Below, in pieces: positions 39,935-48,338 of a stretch of 64,000 bases of DNA; position 1 is the first letter of the stretch, and each line of letters opens with the position of its first letter. The notes under the pieces are model-generated. The model did no database searches and was not told where the DNA came from. It worked only from the letters and a program-made list of their open reading frames with translations. Source of the DNA: Candidatus Entotheonellaceae bacterium (GTDB lineage: Bacteria; Tectomicrobia; Entotheonellia; Entotheonellales; Entotheonellaceae); the NCBI GenBank assembly GCA_965238075.1, contig OZ250173.1, positions 2,176,001 through 2,240,000 on the forward strand. The letters are read 5' to 3'. The position numbers were made by a program, and so were the translations under genes.

Positions 39935-41872
39935 TCATTGTCTCATGCCTCGATCAGATACGAGCGGACTGATGACCAGCGTCAGACCCCAGGTGTGCGG
40001 CGCGCCGGCGTCGGGCTGCACGGTGCCAGGGGTGAGGAGCCAGCCGCTGAGGAATGGAGCGTCGTGATCGGCAAGGCGGCGGTCGTTGAAATAGTGGCGC
40101 AGCAGGACTTCCTGCATGTAGGCGAGGCGCCGGCTGCCGGACAGCGGGCTGTGCGCGAACACGGTCTGCCACAGGCGCTCGTGCGGCCGCGCTTCGGGGC
40201 GTTGCGGCGTGTCGGGCAGAACCACGGAGACGGTCTGTCCGGGGGCGATGGTGCCGAGGGGCGACGGATTGCCGCGGTGCAGGATGGCGGCGGCGTGCAG
40301 GGGCAGGGCGCCGGGGTTGTCGACCCGTACGCTCAAGCTGCCTGCCTGCCGTTCGGCGCGCACCCGCAAGGGCGCCGGGGCCATGCCCTCTAGCGAGAAC
40401 ACCCGCAGCGTCCAGGGTCCGAGGTCGATATGGCGGATAGCGGTCGATTCAGCGGTTCCGACCTCGAGCGCCTCACCGGCCGGCCCGGCACCGCGCGTAA
40501 AGGTGTGCCGCATCATCGTTTCGGGCTGCCGCAGGGGCAAGGTGTAGCGCCCGCCGTGCACGGAAAACACGCCGACCGCGCCGCGCAAGCGGCTGTAGCC
40601 GGTACCGGGCAGCACTTCCAGGGTGGTGAGATCAAACGCCAGGGCCGAGTGGTGCAGGCTGTGCTGCACCAGCAGCCCGTAGCTGGCGGCGGTGAACGCC
40701 AGAAGGAGCAGGGCCACGGCGAGCCCCGCCGCGACGTGGCGTAGTCGGCGCCGTTTGATGACCCAGAAGAGGCCGCCGAGGGCGCCGCAGTAGGCGGCCA
40801 GGAGCACGCCGAGGGTGACGTGCGAGGGGTAGAGCAGAATCGGGCGCGACAGGATTTCCACCGCCGGGTGCCGCTCATCGAGCAGCCCGAGTTCGGCGAA
40901 CACGCGGCTGAAGTCGATGCGCTCGGCGGGTTGCAACATGTCGTGCCACAGGGCTTGGTTGCCGCGCCAGCCAGCCAGGGGTTTGGTGGCGTAATCGACC
41001 GCCAGAAAGACGACCCGTCCATTGCCGAAGGCGCGTTGCGCCAGCAGGGGCATATTGGCGCTGCCGACCAATACCTCACCCTGCGTCAGGCGCGCTCGCA
41101 TGGCGATGAGCGGCGCCGGCTGTAGCGGCACGCCATAATGCGCCGCCAATTCGGGCAGGCCGTCGCGCTGCTCAACGCCGAGCACCTGCACCGGCAGCAA
41201 CGCCTGCAGGCGCGGTTCCGTGAGCAGGGCGTAGCGCGAATCGCTGGCCACCACCAGGGTGCCGCCACCGGCGATCCACTGCCGCAGCGCCCGCGCCTGG
41301 GTCTCCGACAGTGGTTGCAGCGACAACCCCTTCAACACGACGGCTGACACGCTGTCGTAGCCGTACCAATGTTGCGGCAACTCGTCCTGCGGCAGGTAGA
41401 CGATACGGGTATGGGTGGGCAGCAGCGTTGCCAGAAAATCCAGGCTCAGGTCGCGCGTCAGGCCGAGGATGACCTGTTCGGCACTCAGGGCCGTTCGCAG
41501 GTCGAGGTTCTGCTGCTGCAGCACCTCCTCGCCGCGGCGCAGAAACACCTCGATGGGACGGCTGATGCTGGTAATCGGCACCGTGAAGGCGAACCGTTTG
41601 CGCGCCCGATGCGGCAGCGATACCGGCTGCGTGAAGCTGGTGACGTGCAAATCCCCCCGCATCTCGCTACCACGCCACACCCGTACGCCCAGCGTGCCGG
41701 TTACCGGCGCGCCGCTGTTGTGCAGCCGTACGATGACCTGGTTCCACTTCTCCAGCCGTACCGTTTCCTGCAGCCCCAGCCGCGCCTCCATCGTCACCTC
41801 GGCCCCCACCAGCCCCGGCACCGCCGCCCACCACAGGCAGAGTATGAAGCGCCGCACACAAACTCCGGTCAT
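39935..41872 (-). CDS. Exported/membrane protein with GATase-like domain, first gene of the MoxR operon
   Basis: Signal peptide from MTGVCVRRF, WYGYDSV, ALRQWIAGGGTLVV, GNGRVVF, two TM segments. The longer ORF-track N-terminus is repeat-derived. Confidence 0.75.
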   Translation of the reverse strand: MTGVCVRRFILCLWWAAVPGLVGAEVTMEARLGLQETVRLEKWNQVIVRLHNSGAPVTGTLGVRVWRGSEMRGDLHVTSFTQPVSLPHRARKRFAFTVPITSISRPIEVFLRRGEEVLQQQNLDLRTALSAEQVILGLTRDLSLDFLATLLPTHTRIVYLPQDELPQHWYGYDSVSAVVLKGLSLQPLSETQARALRQWIAGGGTLVVASDSRYALLTEPRLQALLPVQVLGVEQRDGLPELAAHYGVPLQPAPLIAMRARLTQGEVLVGSANMPLLAQRAFGNGRVVFLAVDYATKPLAGWRGNQALWHDMLQPAERIDFSRVFAELGLLDERHPAVEILSRPILLYPSHVTLGVLLAAYCGALGGLFWVIKRRRLRHVAAGLAVALLLLAFTAASYGLLVQHSLHHSALAFDLTTLEVLPGTGYSRLRGAVGVFSVHGGRYTLPLRQPETMMRHTFTRGAGPAGEALEVGTAESTAIRHIDLGPWTLRVFSLEGMAPAPLRVRAERQAGSLSVRVDNPGALPLHAAAILHRGNPSPLGTIAPGQTVSVVLPDTPQRPEARPHERLWQTVFAHSPLSGSRRLAYMQEVLLRHYFNDRRLADHDAPFLSGWLLTPGTVQPDAGAPHTWGLTLVISPLVSDRGMRQ

Positions 41873-41960
41873 GTTTTCAGCCAGTCCTTGACAGGTTTTA
41901 ACATACGAATGGCGGATGTCAGCGTCTCGAGTCGCCAGTATATGCGGACTCGATCCGTCC

Positions 41961-42313
41961 TTACTATGAAAATAGCCTGCGCAGCGCCCCCGACCGTCGT
42001 AGGGGCATCCCTTGTGGGTGCCCATGGTCCCGTGCAGGCGGGCATCCACAGGGTGGGGGACGAGGCCCGCCTGGGGGAAACATGTAACCCCCCAACCCCC
42101 CTTGTCAGGGGGGCGGCGGTCGCTCCGGGAGCCATTTACTATGAAAATAGCCTGTGCAGCGCCCCCGACCGTCGTAGGGGCATCCCTTGTGGGTGCCCAT
42201 GGTCCCGTGCAGGCGGGCATCCACAGGGTGGGGGACGAGGCCCAACCTGGGGTAAACATGTAACCCCCCAACCCCCCTTGTCAGGGGGGCGGCGGTCGCT
42301 CCGGGAGCCATTT
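41961..42313 (+). repeat. Tandem duplication of about 175 bp containing REP-like hairpins
   Basis: Units start ttactatgaaaatagcc at 41961 and 42136; each contains gtaggggcatcccttgtgggtgccc and accccccaacccccttgtcagggggg. Confidence 0.93.
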
Positions 42314-42459
42314 GCATGGTTCTCGATGCAGCCTTGGCGAGGCCATGGGGGATTTCTTAATGTGTGTCAATGTGGGAATGTGTGTCAGCGGGCCGGATCA
42401 GCGCATCCTGATCCGGCTTCCTCATCGATGAACTTCCGCACCCATGAAAGGAGCCAACC

Positions 42460-43251
42460 ATGACAACAGCCACCGAACACGCCGCCACCCTGTTGGCGCA
42501 GAACCGGCTGCGGGGCGAGCGGTTGCCGGGATTGCCGGAGGCGTGCCGCCCGGCGAGCGAGGACGCGGCGTATGCCGTGCAGTTTGCACTGCGCGAGCAA
42601 TTAATCCGTGGCGGCGGCGGGGACTTGGCGGGCTATAAGATCGGCGCCACGAGCCAGGTGATGCAGGACTATCTGGACATTCACAACCCGTGCGGCGGTG
42701 GGGTGCTGGCGAACGGGGTGCACCGGTCGCCAGCCGAGGTGGCGCACGACGGTTACGTCCATCCCGGCGTCGAGTGCGAGATCGCCGTTCGGCTGGATGC
42801 CGACCTGCCGGCGGAGGCGGCGCCGCTTTCGCAGGCGCAGGTGGCCGAGGCGGTCGGGGCGTGCATGGCGGCCATCGAGATCGTCGATGATCGCTATGCC
42901 GACTGGCGCTCGCTGGACACGCCGACCCTGATTGCCGACGACTTCTTTCAGGCGGGGATTGTCCTGGGGCCCGCCAACACGGAATGGCGCCGCCTCGACC
43001 TCGCCGCGCTGCCGGGCATGATGGCCATCAACGGCGAGGAACGCGGGCGGGGCAGGGGCGGCGATGTGTTGGGGCATCCGCTGACGGCGCTAACGTGGCT
43101 GGCCAATCAACTCGCGGCGTACGGCATCAGCTTGCGCAGCGGCCAAGTCGTTCTCACCGGCAGCGTCGTGGCCACCCAGTGGGTCGAGCGGGGCGACCGG
43201 GTGCGGGTGGACGTCGAGGGGCTGGGCGCGGCTGAAGTCGTGTTCGCTTAA
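42460..43251 (+). CDS. 2-keto-4-pentenoate hydratase / FAH-family protein
   Basis: GYKIGATS, VECEIAV, AIEIVDDRY, LIADD, VLGHPL.AL.WLAN, LTGS. Confidence 0.92.
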   Translation: MTTATEHAATLLAQNRLRGERLPGLPEACRPASEDAAYAVQFALREQLIRGGGGDLAGYKIGATSQVMQDYLDIHNPCGGGVLANGVHRSPAEVAHDGYVHPGVECEIAVRLDADLPAEAAPLSQAQVAEAVGACMAAIEIVDDRYADWRSLDTPTLIADDFFQAGIVLGPANTEWRRLDLAALPGMMAINGEERGRGRGGDVLGHPLTALTWLANQLAAYGISLRSGQVVLTGSVVATQWVERGDRVRVDVEGLGAAEVVFA

Positions 43252-43357
43252 TAAACCGTAAACACGGTGCCTCCATAGTAAGCACCAGTCGCACCTTTGC
43301 CGCCCGGCCCGGCGCCGGGAAGTTGAATGCCACCCGCACTTCGGAGGAAGTCGCACC

Positions 43358-44149
43358 GTGAACGGCCTGACGGGCCTGTACATGCCGGACACCATCGCCG
43401 CCTTTTCCCACGACGGCACGAATTACGTCCTGACGGCCAACGAGGGCGACGCGCGCGAGTATTTCTTTGATGCCGATGAGGCCGCCTGCAGCGCCGCCGG
43501 CGGCATGGATTGGGACGAGGACGACGGCTGCCTGGCCTGGAGCGACGAGAAGCGGGTGCGCAAGCTCAAGCTGGACGCAACGGCTTTCCCGGACGCCAAG
43601 TCCTTGCAGAAGAAGAAAAACCTGGGCCGTCTCGAAGCCGTGGCCACCGAGGGAGACATCGACGGCGACCACGACGCGATCGTCGCTTTTGGGGCGCGCT
43701 CGTTCAGCATCTGGAATGCCGACACCGGTGAGCAGGTGTTCGATTCCGGCGACGATTTCGAGCGCATCACCGCCGAGGCGCTCGGCACCGCGGGCTTCAA
43801 CGCCACCGACGACGAGAACGGCTTCGATGCTCGTTCCGACGACAAGGGACCGGAGCCGGAAGCCCTAGCCGTCGGCGAGGCTGGCGGCAAGCGCTACGCC
43901 TTCATCGGCCTGGAGCGCACTGGCGGCATCATGGTCTACGACATTACCCAGCCGGGGGCGGCAGCGTTCGTGCAGTACGTCACCAATCGCGACTATACGG
44001 TGGACATCGAAGGCAACCTGACGCAAGCCGGTGACCTGGCGCCGGAGGGCATGGCATTCGTTCCCGCCGCCGACAGCCCCACCGATCACGCGCTTCTAAT
44101 CGTTGGCAACGAGGTGTCCGGCACCGTGGCGGTGTACGAAGTCCGGTGA
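43358..44149 (+). pseudogene. C-terminal half of a choice-of-anchor I (alkaline-phosphatase-associated beta-propeller) protein
   Basis: GLYMPDTIA, TANEGDAR, FGARSFSIW, RSDDKGPEPE, FIGLERTGG, GNEVSGT; no signal peptide or N-terminal half. Confidence 0.75.
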
Positions 44150-44320
44150 GGAAACACAGGAATTCTGCCGCTGCATGGACGGGGTACCTGGCCAGAAATG
44201 AGCCAGAAACAGCCCGATCAGCAAATGGAAGCACGGGAATTATGTCGAGATCTGCTGAAATGCACAGACATGCTGGTGCAATCTGCAGAAGAGATCAGAC
44301 ATGAAGGAAGGAGGAACTTG

Positions 44321-44707
44321 ATGCACAACATCGTTCACAACGTTGGGATTGCCTCGCAGATCGGCAGCTACAGCGACGCTATTGAAGTCCCGCCGGGCGC
44401 ACGCTGGCTGCTCACCTCGGGGACGCCGGGCCTCGCCCTGGATGGCGGGTTGCCGGCCGACATTAGCGGCCAGGCCGAGTTGGCCTGGGGCCACATTATC
44501 AACATGCTCAAATCGGCGGGAATGACGGTCAACGACCTGGTGAAAGTGACCCACTACCTGCTGCACGAGCGGGACGTTCCGGATTATGTCAAGGTCCGGT
44601 CGCGCTTCCTGGGCGACGCGCGGCCGGCATCGATGCTGCTCACCGGCGCCGGTTTGGTAAGGAGCGATTTTCTGCTCGAGATTGAGGCCGTCGCGGCAAA
44701 GGTCTAG
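44321..44707 (+). CDS. RidA/YjgF-family protein
   Basis: GSYSDAI, LTSG, DLVKVTHYL, RPASML, LEIEAVA; GGAGG RBS before 44321. Confidence 0.9.
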   Translation: MHNIVHNVGIASQIGSYSDAIEVPPGARWLLTSGTPGLALDGGLPADISGQAELAWGHIINMLKSAGMTVNDLVKVTHYLLHERDVPDYVKVRSRFLGDARPASMLLTGAGLVRSDFLLEIEAVAAKV

Positions 44708-44740
44708 GTGTCCCGGAAGGGTTACCAGACAATGATGCGA

Positions 44741-45205
44741 TTACTGGCTGACGGCCTCACCCGTCTCCATGTTCAAGGGCATATTGACGGGGCCGAACGT
44801 CTGCATGGTTTCAAAACCATTCGGCACCATATCGCAATAGAGTTCCACCCGGTTGCCATCTGGATCATGGAAGTAGACACTGCGGGTCACGTTGTGTTCG
44901 GTGGTGGACTCAACCGCAATGTCAAGCCGGCCCAGTTCCCGATAGGCATCCTGCAGCGCCTCGAAGCTCTCGAGTTGCCAGGCCGTATGATGCAGGCCGG
45001 GCTGCGTGGCCGCGGGCGTCTCCCCCGTGGCCAGTTGGAACAAGGCAAGATCGTGGTGCTCCGTGCCAAAACTCAGGAACACCACACCCCGTTGGCGGGC
45101 TTCATGGGCCACCTGTAGCCCAAGCACGCGGGTATAAAATGCTTTGGACACTTGCACGTCACGTACTTTCAACACCACGTGACCAAGTTTGCGGGCCTGT
45201 ATCAT
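44741..45205 (-). CDS. VOC/glyoxalase-family protein
   Basis: LGHVVLKVRD, HHDLAL, GLHHTAW, SVYFHDPDGNRVELY. Confidence 0.92.
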   Translation of the reverse strand: MIQARKLGHVVLKVRDVQVSKAFYTRVLGLQVAHEARQRGVVFLSFGTEHHDLALFQLATGETPAATQPGLHHTAWQLESFEALQDAYRELGRLDIAVESTTEHNVTRSVYFHDPDGNRVELYCDMVPNGFETMQTFGPVNMPLNMETGEAVSQ

Positions 45206-45476
45206 GATGATCCTCCTGACGCCTTATAGGTACGAGTCGTTACCCTCTGGAAAAGCACTGCGCAATAATGTCAAGGGCAATGGCAAAAGTCCACAAAAGG
45301 GAGGCGGTCAAGGCCGGTTCGGGCTAATTACTCGGGTTGGAACCTCTTGACGTGCCGAAAACCGGACAGCTCTACGTGCCGTTGACAGAGGCTGCGGGGG
45401 ATGCTGGCGAATCAACTGCGAGCGCCTCTCGATGTACGCTTTTTTCGCCGGCATTTCCTGCGGAGGTCGCTGATGG

Positions 45477-46247
45477 CTATCGTGCTGAATTCGCACCATC
45501 TTTGTGCAGCATCACAAGATCGTCATTCAGTCCGTGCCGCAGGATATCCAGGCGAGGCGAGAGGGAGGCCAAGTGGTCGGCTGAGATATGGGCCAGGCGG
45601 AATGGAAAGATGTTTGGACTGTCCAGCAGGTCTTTTGTGGCGGCGGAGCCGCTCAAACGGGAATGGAGAGACGCCTCCACCATCCAGGCGATAAGCTTGG
45701 GTTCCTCAAACGAGACTTGCTTTCCTTGAACATAGACGCCCTTGTTACGCGTCTCGCTCAAAACACCCCAATCGATGAATGATCGCAGCACGCGCCGGGC
45801 AGCCCGTGATGCGGTTTCGCGTTCACCGTATTCCTCCCTGACCCGCCTCTGGACGTGCGCTGCCGCGGCTGTTCCCTGAAGCCGCAGAAGTCTGCCGGTG
45901 TGCGCCGCGACCGCGCCCCAGAAAGGGTAGGCCGCCAACGCCATGCCCCAGTGAATAGCAATTCGGTCTTCGCGAGCGAGTGATGGCAGTATATTCAAGC
46001 CCTCGTCCCGTAGCTTTTCCAACTCGGGAGGCACGGTAATCCAGGTCTTCAACAGGATGGTGATCACCTTTTCCTTGTTGCCCCTGGCCGCTTCACCGCC
46101 GATTGAAACCCTGTCCCGCAACAGATGTTGGAGCGAGTCATTGATCAGGGCCTTGTCATTCCCGGCCAGTAGCAGATTGGTTGTCTGCTCGAACCACTCC
46201 AGTCGGACACGCTGGCTGAAACCGATCTGGGTTTCCCGTCCGTTCAT
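45477..46247 (-). CDS. brxA: BREX type 3 BrxA-like protein
   Basis: IGFSQRVRLEW, HWGMALAAYPF, YGERETASRAARRVLRSFIDWGVL; last gene, coupled to pglZ. Confidence 0.75.
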   Translation of the reverse strand: MNGRETQIGFSQRVRLEWFEQTTNLLLAGNDKALINDSLQHLLRDRVSIGGEAARGNKEKVITILLKTWITVPPELEKLRDEGLNILPSLAREDRIAIHWGMALAAYPFWGAVAAHTGRLLRLQGTAAAAHVQRRVREEYGERETASRAARRVLRSFIDWGVLSETRNKGVYVQGKQVSFEEPKLIAWMVEASLHSRLSGSAATKDLLDSPNIFPFRLAHISADHLASLSPRLDILRHGLNDDLVMLHKDGANSAR

Positions 46248-48250
46248 GCGTCCCTCCGTTCGATCTGCACAAGAGGGACGACCAGTTCTTCGAGAGAAGC
46301 GCCGCCGTGACCGACAAGGCGTTCCGTCTCGCGCACGAACGCCGAACGGCCAGGGGCGAGCAGGGGCAGATAGTCGTCCGGCAGCCCAATGGGCGGCCAT
46401 TCCAGGGCGTCCGGAAATCGCGCTTTGACCTGACCGCGCAGTAAAGCATCCGGATAGATTCGAGCGCGTTCACCTCGTAAATCCGCAATCGCTCCTTCTT
46501 GAGGACGCCCACACCCGGTCGCCTCGATATTTCCATGATCCGAAGTCAGGAAAATACGGAATCCGTTTTCCAGAAGCAGGTCGACAAGGTTGGCCATGAA
46601 CGGTTGACTGGCCCATTGTCGGACTTGGTTGTGCATCCCCGCAGTGCCGAGTTCCATGCCGTGCATGATCTTGTCGACTTTGTCGACAACCAAACCGACG
46701 ACGCGTGTCTTTGGCCGGGCAATGATCTCTTCCACGTTTTCCAAAGCGCCGTCACCCAGCCCCTTGGCGTACGCAACTTCTTGCTGTGTTAGGCCCTGGT
46801 CCGTCCAGAATTGCGTCCACAATGCCGGTTCTTTGTCCGTGGAATAGATGCTATTTGGAAAATAGACAGGCGGCTTCCCCGCAAAGGCTGCCTGACGCGA
46901 GACGGACGTGAGGGTTGGAATCCAGGCAAACACCGCGTTCTCTCGGAAGCGGTACGTCGGGCGTTGCCTGGCAAGTTCCTTGCGGATAACAAGCCATTGC
47001 GCCAAGGAAAGGCCGTCCACCAGCACGAATGCGACCTTGTGTTCTCTGGCAGCGTTGATGTGCCTGGAGAGGAAACGGGGAATGTGGTGAAGCATGACCG
47101 GTGGAACTGGCGGCAGGTTCACCAAGCCAGCGTAGCGTTTGGCCAGCCAGGACACGAGCGCGGCATCGATCTGCGCGTGCAGCTTTTCCATCTTCCGGCG
47201 TGCTGGCTCCGGCAACATCGCGTCCGAATCCTGAGCCAGAACGGCCAGTTCGGCCCAGGTCCTGGCAAAGCGGAACCAGTCGCTGTGCCGTGTGTCCGCC
47301 TGCGGAATGTTGGATGCCAAGGTATCGAGGAGAGTGGCTATCCGCTGCGTCCGATTCGTCGGGTCGTCCGTTCGGATGCCGACGGCGAGCCAGGATGTTG
47401 ACAAGGATTCGGCCTGCTCGTGGGGTACGGCTTCGAGAAATCCTTCAAGGAACAGGCTGTCGATGTAGATGCGGACGTCGTCGTGGCCGAAGGGCAAATC
47501 CGAAGGACCGGGAACTTCGAAGCCATAGGCTTTCTCATCTTCGCGAATACCGGTTCCATCCTGAGGCGCCGACTGGTCAAGAAAGACGGGCCAGCGTTCC
47601 TGGAGGAAGGCGAAAAAAGCTTCCCGGTCCGGGATGATCGTCTCCAGGGGCCAATCATCAAACCCTCTCTGTTGCCGGAGGACGTGGACCAAGTGTTCAT
47701 CAAGCATGGCGGGGATTCGCTGCTCGCGGTGATGGCGACGCAGCAACACGCGCAGCAGGTCGGACGGCTCCCCAATTCGTTCCGGTTCCATCTCGAAAAC
47801 ATGCCGTAGAACGAATTCCTTGGTCGCGTTGTCGCCCAGCATGCTGGGAGTGAACCGCTCCTGGGCATCGTAAAGCGCGTCCAGATATCTTCGGTCCAAG
47901 GCGGCAATAATGGGGTAGCTCAGGGTGGGGAAAATCTCGCCAAGGCTGAACGACAGGCGACGACCGGCTTGCAGCAGGTCGTACGGCAAGCAGTCAAGTT
48001 CGCTGGCCGCGGCGTGCAGCACGACGACCAACTCTGTCTGCTCACCCCGGTCCCAGCGGCAGCGGAGCTTCGATTCGTAGTCATACCGAAAGGCGATGGG
48101 GTCCCCGAACGGGATCAGATCAAAGCCCCGTTGATGGATGCCTGCCAGAATGTCTTCTTCCAAAAGCAATCCGTCGGGGTCGGCAACCAAGGTCAGCCGG
48201 GCGACGTTGGGCACGAACTCCTTGAGAATCTGGTCGCGCCAGCTACTCAT
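46244..48250 (-). CDS. pglZ: BREX-3 phosphatase PglZ
   Basis: LTLVADPDGLL, VDGLSL, FAWIPTLTSVSRQA, VDKIMHG, TSDHGN, HGGASLEELVVP. Confidence 0.93.
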   Translation of the reverse strand: MSSWRDQILKEFVPNVARLTLVADPDGLLLEEDILAGIHQRGFDLIPFGDPIAFRYDYESKLRCRWDRGEQTELVVVLHAAASELDCLPYDLLQAGRRLSFSLGEIFPTLSYPIIAALDRRYLDALYDAQERFTPSMLGDNATKEFVLRHVFEMEPERIGEPSDLLRVLLRRHHREQRIPAMLDEHLVHVLRQQRGFDDWPLETIIPDREAFFAFLQERWPVFLDQSAPQDGTGIREDEKAYGFEVPGPSDLPFGHDDVRIYIDSLFLEGFLEAVPHEQAESLSTSWLAVGIRTDDPTNRTQRIATLLDTLASNIPQADTRHSDWFRFARTWAELAVLAQDSDAMLPEPARRKMEKLHAQIDAALVSWLAKRYAGLVNLPPVPPVMLHHIPRFLSRHINAAREHKVAFVLVDGLSLAQWLVIRKELARQRPTYRFRENAVFAWIPTLTSVSRQAAFAGKPPVYFPNSIYSTDKEPALWTQFWTDQGLTQQEVAYAKGLGDGALENVEEIIARPKTRVVGLVVDKVDKIMHGMELGTAGMHNQVRQWASQPFMANLVDLLLENGFRIFLTSDHGNIEATGCGRPQEGAIADLRGERARIYPDALLRGQVKARFPDALEWPPIGLPDDYLPLLAPGRSAFVRETERLVGHGGASLEELVVPLVQIERRDA

Positions 48251-48338
48251 GCGGTGCCTTCGACACGAATGACGGCTAGCGGAACCCAACTGCGGGTATG
48301 CTCAGGGCCAAGGTCCCCGTTTAACAGGCAAGTCGTTT

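Noticed and set aside
41873-42271. 133-aa N-terminal extension of the 39935 gene
   Set aside because: Translation of the tandem repeat; the signal peptide begins at 41872.
41961-42313. CRISPR array
   Set aside because: Only two long near-identical units, no unique spacers and no cas genes.
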